A stretch of 64,000 nt of DNA from Candidatus Segetimicrobium genomatis (GTDB lineage: Bacteria > Sysuimicrobiota > Sysuimicrobiia > Sysuimicrobiales > Kaftiobacteriaceae), in assembly GCA_005882295.1 (NCBI GenBank), contig VBAI01000011.1, forward strand, positions 1,592-65,591, in the 5' to 3' direction. The position numbers and the translations under genes were made by a program. The stretch's first letter is position 1, and the number at the start of each line of letters is the position of its first letter. The notes under the pieces are model-generated. The model was given only the letters and a program-made list of their open reading frames with translations. It ran no database searches and had not been told where the DNA came from. Of the stretch, positions 1-10,172 are shown piece by piece.

Positions 1-772
1 TCTCGCCTGGCGAGGTGAGCACATCGAGCGGGAGGTTCACGCGCAGGGCACGGCCTGGGATCAGGTGACGCGTGATGCCGGCGGGCAGCTTGACCGGCGC
101 GCGGGAGATCTCAAGGATGTCGCGCTTGGTGAAGGCGGGAAACACGACCACGGCCGCGACGGACCCGTACTCTTCCCTCAGCGCCTCCAGATCCGCGCTC
201 ATCACCCGGTAGATCCGGTTCGTGGTTTTGTATGCGTCCACCACGGCCGCCAGGGTCTCGGCCAGGGAATGGCGGGCAGACGCGGACACCTCGACGGCTC
301 CGCCTGATGTGATCACATAGCAGCCGCTGGACCGCTCGGGTGGGCGGCGCGAGGCCTCGGCCGGGCTGATGTCCCGGATGGAAAGCCCCCTGGCGCGCAA
401 GAGCCCAGGCAGGTCGACCGGCTGCGCGAGGAGGTGACACCAGACGTCCAACCTGACGGCAGGATCTTCGTACTCGACCACCTGGAGGAGTACCGCGGGC
501 GCTTCGAGGGCCAGCAGCGCGGTGGTGCGGTTGGCGCCGTCGAGGATCACAAAGCCGCCGTCGGAGCGCGGCGCCGCGATGGGCGGATTCCGCAAGACTC
601 CCTCGGTGCGCAGGCGCGTGACGAGCCGCTGCACCCGCGCAGGATCGGTGTCCTCGTGCAGGTGCACCTCGGCCCGGGGAACAATACGCAGATCGGGAAG
701 CGATCGTCCCTCCGGCAAACGCAGGGCCGCCCCGACTTTCGCCTTGTCGTCAGTCATTGTCTCAGCCAGTCT
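1..772 (-). CDS. ParB/sulfiredoxin-like domain protein, partial (C-terminus runs off the window start)
   Basis: Start codon is the reverse complement of 770-772. Translation MTDDKAKVGAALRLPEGRS...GFVILDGANRTTALLAL carries a ParB N-terminal-domain-like DG-x-x-R motif. High GC at third positions. Not in the ORF track because it has no stop inside the window. Confidence 0.45.
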
Positions 773-886
773 TCACAGTCTCCCCAGTCCTCCCAGTCTA
801 CCCAGTCTGTGTGCTCCTCCGGAAGGGCTTGGAGACTGGGAAGACCGTGGAGACCGGGAAGACTGGGTAGACTCGGCAGTTAGCGT
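766..886. repeat. Hairpin element family C (tandem CAGTCTNCC / GTCTACCCAGTCTTCCCAGTC units followed by inverted GGGAAGACTGGGTAGAC units)
   Basis: Direct reading: cagtcttcacagtctccccagtcctcccagtctacccagtc ... gactgggaagaccgtggagaccgggaagactgggtagac. Same family at 16686-16792 and 18607-18684. Confidence 0.8.
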
Positions 887-2628
887 CCCAGCTGTTTCGC
901 GAGATGGTCGATGACGTCAATCTTGGTGACAATTCCGGCAACCGCGCCATGATCCACGACGACGGCCGCGTTGCTGGACAGGAAGATGTCGGCCAGGACA
1001 TCGAGGGGGCTGTCGGGGTCGACGACCGGCGGAGCAGGATCGATGATGGGCTGGATCGGATCGGATGGCCGGTGCGATCCATCCAGCAGGTGCGTGAGCA
1101 GGTCCACTTCACTGATCATGCCCACCAGCCGGCCGTCCTCCAGCACGGGGAGTTGTGACACGTCATACTGCTTCATCTTGGCGACGACCTCGTTGACGGC
1201 ATCCGTGCGGGTGGCCGTGACCAGCGGGATCGTTCGCGAGCGCACCAGGTCGCCCACGGTCCCCAGTTCCCGCTCCAGCATGCCGTGCTCGCGCATCCAG
1301 TCGTCGGAAAAGATCTTCGACAGGTAGCGGGAGCCGGAGTCCGGCAGGATCACCACCATCCGCAGCCCGGCGCCCATCTCGGGGAGTGTGCGCGCGTACT
1401 TCAGCGCGCCGGCGACGGCCGCACCGCCGCTGCCGCCGCAGAACAAACCTTCCTCACGCACCAGCCGGCGCGTTGTCAAGAAGGCGTCGCGGTCGCTGAC
1501 CTGCACGACGTCATCCAGCACCGAGAAATCCATCGTCTTGGGGAGAAAGTCTTCGCCGATGCCTTCGACCTTGTACGTGTGCGGCTCTGGCATGGTGCCG
1601 GTCTTGAAGTAGTCATAGAAGACGGACCCCACGGGGTCGACGCCAATCACCCGCAGTCCCGGATGACGCTCCTTCAAAAACTTTCCGGCGCCGGAGATCG
1701 TGCCGCCCGTGCCCATGCTGGCCACCACGACGTCGAGACGTCCGCCGGTCTGCCGCCAGATCTCCGGGCCAGTGCTGTCGTAGTGCGCGTGCGGGTTGGC
1801 CGGGTTGGCGTACTGGTTGGCGTAGAAGCTGTTGGGTGTTTCTTCGGCGATGCGGCGGCTGACGTTGTAGTAACTGCGCGGATCCTCGGGGGCCACCGCG
1901 GTGGGAGTGATGATCACGCGCGCGCCGAAGGCCCGCAGCAGGCGAATCTTCTCTTCGGACATCTTATCCGGCATGACGAAGATAGTGCGATATCCGCGCA
2001 CCGCCGCGGCAATGGCCACGCCGACGCCGGTATTCCCGGATGTCGCCTCTACAATCGTGCCCCCCGGCCGCAGCAAACCGCGGCGCTCGGCGTCTTCGAT
2101 CATCGCCGGGCCAATACGGTCTTTCACCGAGCCGCCGGGGTTCAGATACTCCAGCTTGGCGACCAGATCGGCGCGGATGCCCCGGGTGACTTTGTGGAGT
2201 CGAACCAGCGGCGTCCGGCCAATGACCTCCAGCACCGTATCGTAGACCTCCTCGGGCGTGGCGGGCATTCCCGCCCGGCTCAGCCGGGGTGCCGGCACAG
2301 CCCGCCGCACGCGCCGGGACGCTGGGGATTTCACTTTCCGCGCCACGCTCTTGCCCCGACCTCCTGCCATCGCGGGAATGATCGATACCTCGTCGCCATC
2401 CTGGACCGGCGTGGAGAGCCCTTCGAGCTGGCGGATCTCGGTCCCATTGACGAAAATGTTGATGAAGCTGCGCACCTCCCCCGTCTCGTCACACAGCTGC
2501 TGGCGGATCCCAGGATATGTGCGCTCCAAGGCATCCAGCAGGGCGCGCATGCTGCGGCCGGCGGCCTCCACCTTGCTCTGGCCGCCCGTTGTACGGCGTA
2601 ACGGAGTTGGTATGTACACTGTCGTCAT
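880..2628 (-). CDS. CysO(MoaD/ThiS)-like sulfur-carrier domain fused to a PLP-dependent cysteine synthase / cystathionine beta-synthase domain and a C-terminal CBS pair
   Basis: The N-terminal ~90 aa end in IIPAMAGG and resemble M. tuberculosis CysO (VYIPTPLRRTTGGQSKV...FINIFVNG...DGDEVSIIPAMAGG). A basic linker follows, then a PALP domain with the GGSVKDRIG lysine motif and a GNTG glycine loop. Two CBS motifs lie at the C-terminus. It is a single uninterrupted ORF. Confidence 0.85.
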   Translation of the reverse strand: MTTVYIPTPLRRTTGGQSKVEAAGRSMRALLDALERTYPGIRQQLCDETGEVRSFINIFVNGTEIRQLEGLSTPVQDGDEVSIIPAMAGGRGKSVARKVKSPASRRVRRAVPAPRLSRAGMPATPEEVYDTVLEVIGRTPLVRLHKVTRGIRADLVAKLEYLNPGGSVKDRIGPAMIEDAERRGLLRPGGTIVEATSGNTGVGVAIAAAVRGYRTIFVMPDKMSEEKIRLLRAFGARVIITPTAVAPEDPRSYYNVSRRIAEETPNSFYANQYANPANPHAHYDSTGPEIWRQTGGRLDVVVASMGTGGTISGAGKFLKERHPGLRVIGVDPVGSVFYDYFKTGTMPEPHTYKVEGIGEDFLPKTMDFSVLDDVVQVSDRDAFLTTRRLVREEGLFCGGSGGAAVAGALKYARTLPEMGAGLRMVVILPDSGSRYLSKIFSDDWMREHGMLERELGTVGDLVRSRTIPLVTATRTDAVNEVVAKMKQYDVSQLPVLEDGRLVGMISEVDLLTHLLDGSHRPSDPIQPIIDPAPPVVDPDSPLDVLADIFLSSNAAVVVDHGAVAGIVTKIDVIDHLAKQLGR

Positions 2629-2649
2629 GGCCTTGCTACCCCGAACAGC

Positions 2650-2734
2650 GTCTACTTGGTCTACCTAGTCTTCTTAGTCTACAAGCATCTAAAGAGACCA
2701 AGGAGACCAAGAAGACTAAGCAGACCAAGTAGAC
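2650..2734. repeat. Hairpin element family D (GTCTACTTGGTCTACCTAGTCTTCTTAGTCTAC ... GAGACCAAGAAGACTAAGCAGACCAAGTAGAC)
   Basis: Tandem 8-9-mers with an inverted copy. Second copy at 29521-29612. Confidence 0.8.
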
Positions 2735-2735
2735 A

Positions 2736-3881
2736 TCATTTGGCTGTTTCAAGCGCTTGTTTCAAGTCGTCAATGAGGTCATCGACGTGCTCAATGCCAA
2801 CAGAGAGCCGGAGGAGACCTTCGTCGACCTGGAGTGGGGAACCGGCCAGCGAGGCGTGCGTCATGCTGGCCGGGTGGTCGAGGAGCGACTCCACCCCGCC
2901 CAGGCTTTCCGCCAGCGTGAACACCCGCGTCGCCGACGCCACGGCGCGGGCAGCCCGCCCGCCGCCCTTGAGCACCACCGAGACCATCCCACCAAACCCT
3001 TTCATCTGACGGGCGGCCAGTTGATACCCGGGATGATCCGGCAGACCCGGGTACAGCACACGCGCCACGGCGGGATGCCCACGGAGGAACTGTGCCACCT
3101 GCGACGCGTTGGCGGCGTGACGTTCCATCCGCACAGCCAGTGTCTTGATTCCCCGCAAGACCAGCCAGCAGTCAAACGGACCGGGCACCGCGCCCGCCGC
3201 GTTCTGGTGAAACTTCAGGGTCTCATGGATCTCCTTGCTGTTGGTCATCGCGCCGCCACCCACCACGTCGCTATGACCGCCTAGATATTTGGTGGTGGAA
3301 TGCACGGCGAGATCCGCCCCCAGCGTGAGCGGCTGCTGAAGGTACGGGGACGCAAAGGTGTTGTCAACGACAACGAGCGCATCATGCGCATGCGCAAGTT
3401 CCGCGATCCGGGCGATGTCGAGAATCTTCAAATAGGGGTTGGTGGGAGTCTCGATCACCACCATCCGCGGCCGGTCGGCCAGCGCCGCCTCGACACGGGT
3501 GAGGTCGGTCATATCGACGAACGCGGGCCGGATCCCATACCGCTGCAGCACCCGCACGAGCAGCCGGTACGTGCCTCCATAGATGTCGTCGGGGCCGAGG
3601 ACGCGATCGCCGGGGTTGAGAAGGTAGGCGATGGTCGTGATCGCCGCCATGCCCGACGCAAAGGCCAGGCCGTACGCGGCGTCCTCCAAAGACGCCAGGC
3701 AGGTCTCCAGCGCGGTTCGCGTCGGATTTGCGGTCCGGCTGTAGTCGTATCCCTTGTGCACTGCCGGTTCGGGCTGCGCGTACGTCGAGGTCTGATAGAT
3801 CGGGGTCATCACCGCGCCGGTCGCCGGATCCGGGTCCTGGCCATCATGAATCGCGCGGGTCTCGAACCGCCGGCGTGTCAT
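2736..3881 (-). CDS. Cystathionine gamma-lyase/gamma-synthase family PLP enzyme (Cys/Met metabolism)
   Basis: MTRRRFETRAIHDGQ...TPIYQTSTY N-terminus. PLP-lysine motif STTKYLGGHSDVVGG. Length 381 aa. Confidence 0.85.
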   Translation of the reverse strand: MTRRRFETRAIHDGQDPDPATGAVMTPIYQTSTYAQPEPAVHKGYDYSRTANPTRTALETCLASLEDAAYGLAFASGMAAITTIAYLLNPGDRVLGPDDIYGGTYRLLVRVLQRYGIRPAFVDMTDLTRVEAALADRPRMVVIETPTNPYLKILDIARIAELAHAHDALVVVDNTFASPYLQQPLTLGADLAVHSTTKYLGGHSDVVGGGAMTNSKEIHETLKFHQNAAGAVPGPFDCWLVLRGIKTLAVRMERHAANASQVAQFLRGHPAVARVLYPGLPDHPGYQLAARQMKGFGGMVSVVLKGGGRAARAVASATRVFTLAESLGGVESLLDHPASMTHASLAGSPLQVDEGLLRLSVGIEHVDDLIDDLKQALETAK

Positions 3882-3884
3882 CAG

Positions 3885-4601
3885 CTATGCTGAGGCGGCG
3901 GCATACCCGGATGCCGCGCGCAGGAGATCCTCGCGCGCGACAGCCCCCAGCGTCAGATCGAACACCTCGGCAAACCTGCGTGCATACGCCAGCCGGACCT
4001 CGTCGACAGGCAGGGGCCGTCCGAGCAGGCGGGCCATCGACGTGACGGGGCGTCCGATCCCGCAGGGATTGATGTAGTCGAAGGGCGCGAGATCAGGACC
4101 GACATTGAGGGCGAACCCGTGCATGGTCACCTTGCGTTTGACGGCGACCCCGACCGCTGCGATCTTCTCATGGCCGGCCCAGACGCCAGGAAAACCCCGC
4201 AGCCGCTGCGCGGCGAGGCCGAAATCCTGCAGCGTGCGGAGGATGGTCTCCTCCAGCGACCGCACGTACTTCACGACGTCCTCGTTGTAGGCGCGCAGGT
4301 CCAGGATGGGATAGCCCACCAGCTGGCCCGGCCCGTGGTAGGTCACACTGCCTCCGCGCTCAATGTCATAAACTTCGAACCCCTTGCCGGTAAGAAACTC
4401 GCGCGGGACCAGCAGATGGTCGGCCCGGGCGGAGCGGCCGATCGTGAATACCGGCTCGTGCTCCAGCAGGATGAGCCCGTCCGCCAGCTCTTCCCGTTGC
4501 CGCGCCCCGATCAGAGCCTTTTGCAGCGCCCAGGCATCGGCATAGGGCGTAGGACCCTCGCGGAGATTGAGGAGCCAACCCTTTCGAGACATCACCGCCA
4601 T
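3885..4601 (-). CDS. lipB: Lipoyl(octanoyl) transferase
   Basis: Motifs LEHEPVFTIGR, HGFALNV, NPCGI. 238 aa. Confidence 0.85.
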   Translation of the reverse strand: MAVMSRKGWLLNLREGPTPYADAWALQKALIGARQREELADGLILLEHEPVFTIGRSARADHLLVPREFLTGKGFEVYDIERGGSVTYHGPGQLVGYPILDLRAYNEDVVKYVRSLEETILRTLQDFGLAAQRLRGFPGVWAGHEKIAAVGVAVKRKVTMHGFALNVGPDLAPFDYINPCGIGRPVTSMARLLGRPLPVDEVRLAYARRFAEVFDLTLGAVAREDLLRAASGYAAASA

Positions 4602-4605
4602 TGTA

Positions 4606-4732
4606 ACAGTGAATCATGAATCATGTGTAGTGATTAGTGAATCGTGATTAGTGATTCGCCACACTACTCACATTGTGGTACATCGCCTCACCAGACTGGT
4701 TGCGAATCACTAATCACAAATCACCAATCACG
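4606..4732. repeat. Hairpin element family E (GTGATTAGTGAATCGTGATTAGTGATTCG ... CGAATCACTAATCACAAATCACCAATCAC)
   Basis: Tandem GTGATTA/GTGATTCG units with an inverted copy. Second copy at 39055-39162. Confidence 0.8.
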
Positions 4733-5621
4733 CAGTCGGTTCAATCACTCCGCTGAAGGTGGTCACCTCCAGCCCCCTCCCTCGGAGTTCGCGGAGAAAG
4801 GGTGTGAAGCCGAGGGAGTCACCGGCCAGGTGACCTGTGACGATCAGGTTGCCGCGGCCTTCGGCGCGCAGGCGCTGCAATTCTCCAAAGTCGATGTGGA
4901 TGTAGACGACCAGATCCACGCCGTGCGTAAAACAGGTGTGGGCAACGGGATAACCGCCATTTGTGTAGGCGCCGTGGGCGACGACGACCTTGCGCACCGG
5001 GTCTCTGGCATTGCCCATGGCCAGCTGCACTGTGGTCGGGGCGGCGCGCATTTCCGGGAGCGCCAGCAGCGCCTCAACGACATCACCGGCCGTGGCGTGC
5101 CCGGCAGCCAGCCCCGTACCAACCGGCGCGGAGCCTTTCTGCGTTGCGCCAGTCGATCTCGCCGGTTGGTACGGGGCCAGGGCAGTGTCGACCTGCTCAC
5201 GCATCCGCCGGCGGCCCAGCTCGTCCAGCGGAGCGTGGATGTTCATAAAGGGCATACCCAGCAGTCGTGCGGCCGAGGGAACGTGGTCATAGTTGGCCGC
5301 CTGACCACGCAGCTTCAGCCCCTCGACCTTCTCTGCCACCGCGGCCAGCGCCGCATCCTCCGGCACGCCGGCTGCAGTCATAAACTCCACATGCCTGAGG
5401 AAGATCTTCCAGACCTCGACCGCGGTGGCGGGAGGGTGGTGGGCGATGACGAGATCGGCGCCCATCGTCTTCGCCAGTTGCAACTCAGCCGTGCCGACAT
5501 CCAGTCCGAAGAGCACTTTCCTGATGCCCTTGCCGGGGACGAAAATACTCGAGTCCTCCGGAATGCGGAGATAGCCGGACATCCCCAGCGCCAGCGACAT
5601 GATCTCTTCCGTAGTCATCAA
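4728..5621 (-). CDS. Nif3-like dinuclear metal centre protein (GTP cyclohydrolase 1 type 2 homolog family)
   Basis: DLVIAHHPP hallmark and a C-terminal GHLAGDSLGF region. 297 aa. Confidence 0.55.
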   Translation of the reverse strand: MMTTEEIMSLALGMSGYLRIPEDSSIFVPGKGIRKVLFGLDVGTAELQLAKTMGADLVIAHHPPATAVEVWKIFLRHVEFMTAAGVPEDAALAAVAEKVEGLKLRGQAANYDHVPSAARLLGMPFMNIHAPLDELGRRRMREQVDTALAPYQPARSTGATQKGSAPVGTGLAAGHATAGDVVEALLALPEMRAAPTTVQLAMGNARDPVRKVVVAHGAYTNGGYPVAHTCFTHGVDLVVYIHIDFGELQRLRAEGRGNLIVTGHLAGDSLGFTPFLRELRGRGLEVTTFSGVIEPTA

Positions 5622-5634
5622 AAAAGTCTGGGTT

Positions 5635-5847
5635 CTAGTCTCGGAACAGTGGAACGAGCGTGAGAATCACAGCGATGGCAGCAGTGATCCACAGGCGGAC
5701 GATTGTCGGCCGGGACCGGAAGCGGCGGCGGTACACGGCATAGAATGAGTAACCCAGTGAGAGGACTGTGAACGCCAGCAGATACGGCCTCGCCGACTCA
5801 AAGAAGACCTGCAGTGCAGCGCCTCCTAACCCGAGGAGGCTCGCCAC
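5635..5847 (-). CDS. Small hypothetical membrane protein (70 aa, two predicted TM helices)
   Basis: Hydrophobic ORF between the Nif3-like gene and the FTR1 permease gene. No recognisable family. Confidence 0.3.
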   Translation of the reverse strand: MASLLGLGGAALQVFFESARPYLLAFTVLSLGYSFYAVYRRRFRSRPTIVRLWITAAIAVILTLVPLFRD

Positions 5848-5924
5848 CGGCGCGATCAGTCATCACCCGGACGCCAGCAGACTGAGGGCCAGCGATCTCA
5901 AGTCCAGTCCGTGAGCGGTACGCA

Positions 5925-6040
5925 TCCTACCTACACAAACTACACGATCTACACAACCTACACAATCACCTGCAGAACCATCTGTTTGCGCTTTTGATTG
6001 TGTGGGTTGTGGAGTTTGTGTAGGTCGCGTAGGTTAGGTC
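5925..6040. repeat. Hairpin element family B (CTACACAAACTACACGATCTACACAACCTACACAATCACCTGCAGA ... TTGTGTGGGTTGTGGAGTTTGTGTAGGTCGCGTAGG)
   Basis: Tandem CTACACAA units with an inverted TTGTGTAG arm. Copies at 17605-17716 and 44995-45133 share the spacer motif CAAT(C/T)ACCT(G/A)C. Confidence 0.8.
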
Positions 6041-6869
6041 AGGCTTTCGCACGTTGGGGGGCCAGCTCCTTTGCGGTCGGTGGCCGGAAGTAGGCCCACC
6101 CCACCACGAACAGGTAGACAGCGTAGGCGAGGACCTCGACTAGCGAGGGGTTGCCGTTGTACCCAAAGACAGCGTTGAGCACGCTGCCCACCGATGATGT
6201 ATCAGGAATGATGGCGTTGGTGTCCCAGACGTGCTCGATCACGGGCGGGATGAGCCCGGCCTCGTGGAATTCGTGGGTGCCGTGCGCCAGCAGGCCAGAG
6301 GCGAACAGCAGCAGCAAGATGCTCGTGACGTTGAAAAACGTGCGCAGGTTCAACCGGTAGGTGCCGCGGTAGAGCAGGTAGCCCAGCACAACCGCGGCGA
6401 GCACTCCCAGCAGCCCGCCCGCTGTCACGATCAGCATCGTCGCAGACCTGACGGCGGCGAACAGGAAGAGCGCGGTCTCCACGCCTTCCCGCCCCACCGC
6501 CACGAACGCCAGGAACGCCAGCGCTCCCAGCGACCCGGCCTGCAGGGCGGTGTTTACCCTGGCGTGGAGGTGTGCGCGGATGTTGATGGACTGCCTGCGC
6601 ATCCAGAAGATCATGTAGGTGAGAACCCCGGCCGCAGTGAACATGGCGGTGCCTTCAAACAGCTGCTCGCCTCGCCCCGTGAACTCGCCCGCAGTCACAA
6701 AGATGCCGGCGCCGACGATCGCGCTCATCAGGATCGCCAGCCCGGTACCCAGCCACGCGACGGCGAATTTTTCGCGATGTCCGGTCCTGGCCAGATAGGC
6801 CAGGATGATGCCGACGATAAGGGCTGCCTCCAGACCCTCCCGTAACGTGATCAGGGCTGATGCCGCCAT
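6039..6869 (-). CDS. FTR1/EfeU-family high-affinity iron permease
   Basis: Two REXXE motifs (REGLEAAL and REGVETAL) within 7 TM segments. 276 aa. Confidence 0.8.
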   Translation of the reverse strand: MAASALITLREGLEAALIVGIILAYLARTGHREKFAVAWLGTGLAILMSAIVGAGIFVTAGEFTGRGEQLFEGTAMFTAAGVLTYMIFWMRRQSINIRAHLHARVNTALQAGSLGALAFLAFVAVGREGVETALFLFAAVRSATMLIVTAGGLLGVLAAVVLGYLLYRGTYRLNLRTFFNVTSILLLLFASGLLAHGTHEFHEAGLIPPVIEHVWDTNAIIPDTSSVGSVLNAVFGYNGNPSLVEVLAYAVYLFVVGWAYFRPPTAKELAPQRAKA

Positions 6870-6960
6870 GCATCCTCCAAAGCGCAGTGAGTGGGAAACT
6901 TCGCTCAGGCTACCCTACTTCCTGATTGTCGTCAATCTGGCGGAGAACTGCAACCCGGGA

Positions 6961-8319
6961 CTAGGGTTGTATGCCCGTGAGCTCGCGGACAGCCTGCTCC
7001 ACCTGTTGCCGTGGATACGCGAAGTCTTCCAGCCGGCCGGCCAGGAAGTCTTCGTAGGCCTTCAAGTCGAAGTGCCCATGGCCGCTCAAGTTAAAGAGGA
7101 TCACCCGTGGACTGCCGTCGCGCTTGGCCTGAAGCGCTTCGTCGGTGGCTTTGCGGATCGCATGCGCCGACTCCGGCGCCGGGATAATCCCCTCTGCCCG
7201 TGCAAACTGCAGGGCGGCTTCAAACACCGCCCGTTGCTGATACGCTACGGCCTCGATGTACTTGTGGTGATAGAGCAGACACACCAGGGGCGCGTCCCCG
7301 TGGTAGCGCAGCCCTCCGGCGTGAATGGCCGGCGGGACAAAACTGTGCCCCAGCGTGTACATTTTCAGCAGCGGCGTGGTGGCCGCCGTGTCGCCGAAGT
7401 CATACAGATACATGCCGCGGGTCAGCGAAGGGCATGCTTCGGGCTCGACGGCGACGATGCGAACCTTCTTGCCCTTGAACTTGTCCGCCAGGAAGGGGAA
7501 CGCCAGCCCGGACATGTTGCTCCCCCCGCCGATGCACCCGATCACCACGTCCGGATACTCACCGGCCAGCTCCATCTGCCGGCGGGCCTCCAGGCCGATG
7601 ACGGTCTGATGCAGGAGGACGTGATTCAGCACGCTGCCCAGCGAGTACTTCGTATCGTCGTGCGTGGCGGCATCTTCCACCGCCTCGCTGATCGCGATGC
7701 CCAGGCTCCCCGGGGAGTTCGGATCCTTGGCCAGGATCGCGCGGCCGGCGTTGGTCCGCGAGCTGGGGCTGGGAATGACCTCGGCGCCCCAGGTCTGCAT
7801 CATGATCTTGCGGTAAGGCTTCTGGTCATGGCTGACCTTGACCATGTACACGGTGCATTGCAGATCGAACAAGCGGCAGGCCAGGGCCAGGGCGCTTCCC
7901 CATTGCCCGGCGCCTGTCTCGGTCGCCAGCCGGCGCACGCCGGCCTGCTTGTTGTAGAAGGCCTGCGCCACAGCGGTATTCGGCTTGTGGCTTCCGGCGG
8001 GACTCGTACCTTCATATTTGTAGTAGATGTGCGCGGGCGTATCCAGCACCCGTTCCAGCCGCCGGGCCCGGTGCAGCGGCGTCGGCCGCCACAGCCGGTA
8101 GATGTCTCGCACCGGCTCCGGAATCGGGATCTCGCGCTCGGTGCTGACTTCCTGCAGGATGAGGTCCATCGGAAATAGCGGCGCGAGATCATTTGGCCCG
8201 ATCGGCTGTTTCGTGCCGGGGTGGATGACCGGCGGCAGGGGCACGGGCAAATCTGCCAGGATGTTGTACCAGGATTTCGGGATCTGATTCTCGTCGAGCA
8301 GATACTTCACGCTTTCCAT
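6961..8319 (-). CDS. trpB2: Tryptophan synthase beta-like protein, long TrpB2 type
   Basis: 452 aa with [21 protein letters not shown]-lysine region and the TrpB2-type N-terminal extension. Confidence 0.85.
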   Translation of the reverse strand: MESVKYLLDENQIPKSWYNILADLPVPLPPVIHPGTKQPIGPNDLAPLFPMDLILQEVSTEREIPIPEPVRDIYRLWRPTPLHRARRLERVLDTPAHIYYKYEGTSPAGSHKPNTAVAQAFYNKQAGVRRLATETGAGQWGSALALACRLFDLQCTVYMVKVSHDQKPYRKIMMQTWGAEVIPSPSSRTNAGRAILAKDPNSPGSLGIAISEAVEDAATHDDTKYSLGSVLNHVLLHQTVIGLEARRQMELAGEYPDVVIGCIGGGSNMSGLAFPFLADKFKGKKVRIVAVEPEACPSLTRGMYLYDFGDTAATTPLLKMYTLGHSFVPPAIHAGGLRYHGDAPLVCLLYHHKYIEAVAYQQRAVFEAALQFARAEGIIPAPESAHAIRKATDEALQAKRDGSPRVILFNLSGHGHFDLKAYEDFLAGRLEDFAYPRQQVEQAVRELTGIQP

Positions 8320-8395
8320 CGACAGTCCCCCTCCGCCTCGCTGGAATCGTGATTCCGCGCGATTCGCGCCCCTGAGGAGAAATCCTTCCCGTTAT

Positions 8396-10114
8396 TCAGC
8401 TTTTGACGCGCAGCGTCCGCAGCCGATTGATCGCGGCGGCGATTTCCTGGCGTCGAGGGAAGGCCAGGTCGCCGGGCGCGCCGTCGGGGGCCAGGCCTTC
8501 AAGCCCGCGCTGGGCGATCTCCAGCTCGATCAATCCAAGCAGCTCGCGCATCGTGCGCATACCATCCACCAGCCCGTGGTCGGCGACCCAGATCAATGCG
8601 GCGGCGATTGCCCGCGCCTGCCCCGGATCGACCAGTTGCTCCAACGCGGCCAGATCCAGCGTGTCCCGACCCAAGAACACCGTGCGGATCTCGTGCGTTC
8701 CGGGGTGTGGATCGCTTCGCAGTCTCCGGCCGCGGAGAAATGCAAAGCCGTCGGGGAGCGGCACGCGGTGGTGGACGCCCCCGAATGACCCCTTCGGCCC
8801 GGCTCCGGGACTCGTCACATGTGCGGCCTGTCTGATCGCGGCGGTCACCGTCCGCAAATGGAAACCATCCATCGCGATGATGGTATCAGCGCAGGCAGCA
8901 TACTCGCTGCTGTGGCTGGTGACGACAATCGTCGACACACCGTGCTCTTCATACAAGGGCCGCACGATCTCGGCCAGGGGGATGACCGTCTGCCTGGCCT
9001 CCGGCGCCAGCTGACGCCAGAGCGGGTCGCGAGCCAGCAGGCCCGGCGCCGACGTATCCTCATCGATCAGCAGCACCGAGCAGCCGGCTTCCAGCGCCTC
9101 CCCGATCCCGGCGGCCTGCGACACGATGTCCCCGGCATGCTCCGCGCGGTATCGCGCTGGATCTTCTCCGCCCGGCAGGGAACTCAGGAATGCGGAGACG
9201 TTGACGCCCTCAATGCGGCGGCCTTCCTCCGCCCGCACCAGCGCCGCGTCGGCGACTGTCGTGCAGTGCTCACGCCCATCGCCTGGAAGATGTGGATACA
9301 CGCCGGTGGCAATGGCCCGCAACAGCGTGCTGCGGCCGGAAAATGGATTCCCCATAATCACGGTCACACCGCGTGGGATACCAACCCCGCTCACCACCCC
9401 CCGGTGCGGCAGATCGAGGGTGACTTTCAACTCCGGCGGCGCCGACAGGGGCACGAGGCGCGAGAGGATCGGGCGATCGGATCCGCTCTCGCGGGGGAGC
9501 ACCGCCCCCTCGGCCAGAAAGGCCACCAGGCCCCGTGCGGACAGCTGCAGGCGTAAGGCCTCGGCGTCCTCGGCCACCTCGACGTGACGCTGCGCCGCGT
9601 TGGGATTCAGGTTGGGGTAGATCAGCGCGCTGTCGACGAGCTGCGGAAGATCCTCGAAGAGCACGGTCTGGGCCGCCTTGGACACAATCTTTCGGCCCTC
9701 TGCCGGCAGGAAGATGGTGCAGCGAATCTCAACGTAATTTTCCGCCATCCGGCAGGCGGTGCGTTCGAGGATCTGTTGACCGCCGACATCGACAGCAAAC
9801 TGGGGCCGCCCGCCCCGAGAGCGGGCCACCTTCCGGATGGCCTCCAGCCAGCGCCGGGCGATGAAATCTTCCAGGGCGATCTTGCCGGGGCGGGACGCCC
9901 ACAACGACGCCGGAAATCTGGCCTCCGCCTGGTCGAGCCGGACCCGCAACGGCGATGGTGCCCCCGGCGGCTCCACGACCACATGGTCCACATGCAACGT
10001 GAAGCGCTCGAACCGGTACTCGCCGTCCAGCGCCTGGTATGCCTGGAAGGGCTTGCCCTCAAGGGTCAGGATCTTGTCGCGGAGGCGCTCCCACGGCAGC
10101 ATGGCAGATACCAA
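8396..10114 (-). CDS. ABC-class ATPase-like protein (resembles the 'predicted ATPase of the ABC class' family)
   Basis: 572 aa. Degenerate Walker A GNPFSGRSTLL, Walker B VLLIDEDTS, and an H-loop-like VVTSHSS. The 8-nt gap to the upstream CYTH-DNPH1 gene suggests an operon. Confidence 0.55.
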   Translation of the reverse strand: MVSAMLPWERLRDKILTLEGKPFQAYQALDGEYRFERFTLHVDHVVVEPPGAPSPLRVRLDQAEARFPASLWASRPGKIALEDFIARRWLEAIRKVARSRGGRPQFAVDVGGQQILERTACRMAENYVEIRCTIFLPAEGRKIVSKAAQTVLFEDLPQLVDSALIYPNLNPNAAQRHVEVAEDAEALRLQLSARGLVAFLAEGAVLPRESGSDRPILSRLVPLSAPPELKVTLDLPHRGVVSGVGIPRGVTVIMGNPFSGRSTLLRAIATGVYPHLPGDGREHCTTVADAALVRAEEGRRIEGVNVSAFLSSLPGGEDPARYRAEHAGDIVSQAAGIGEALEAGCSVLLIDEDTSAPGLLARDPLWRQLAPEARQTVIPLAEIVRPLYEEHGVSTIVVTSHSSEYAACADTIIAMDGFHLRTVTAAIRQAAHVTSPGAGPKGSFGGVHHRVPLPDGFAFLRGRRLRSDPHPGTHEIRTVFLGRDTLDLAALEQLVDPGQARAIAAALIWVADHGLVDGMRTMRELLGLIELEIAQRGLEGLAPDGAPGDLAFPRRQEIAAAINRLRTLRVKS

Positions 10115-10172
10115 CGGCGGGACTAGGGACTAGGGACTTGGGACTGGTTACGGCTCGGCATCCCTAGTCGCC
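10115..10172. repeat. Family A tandem heptamer arm (GGGACTAGGGACTAGGGACTTGGGACTGG) with a weak inverted partner
   Basis: Lies in the 8-bp gap region between the ABC-ATPase start and the CYTH-DNPH1 stop, overlapping the gene ends. Confidence 0.6.

Noticed and set aside
8320-8395. Short imperfect repeat GATTCCGCGCGATTCGCGC between the ABC-ATPase stop and the TrpB2 start, as a terminator or operator
   Set aside because: Only a weak, imperfect dyad with no T-run, so the support is insufficient.
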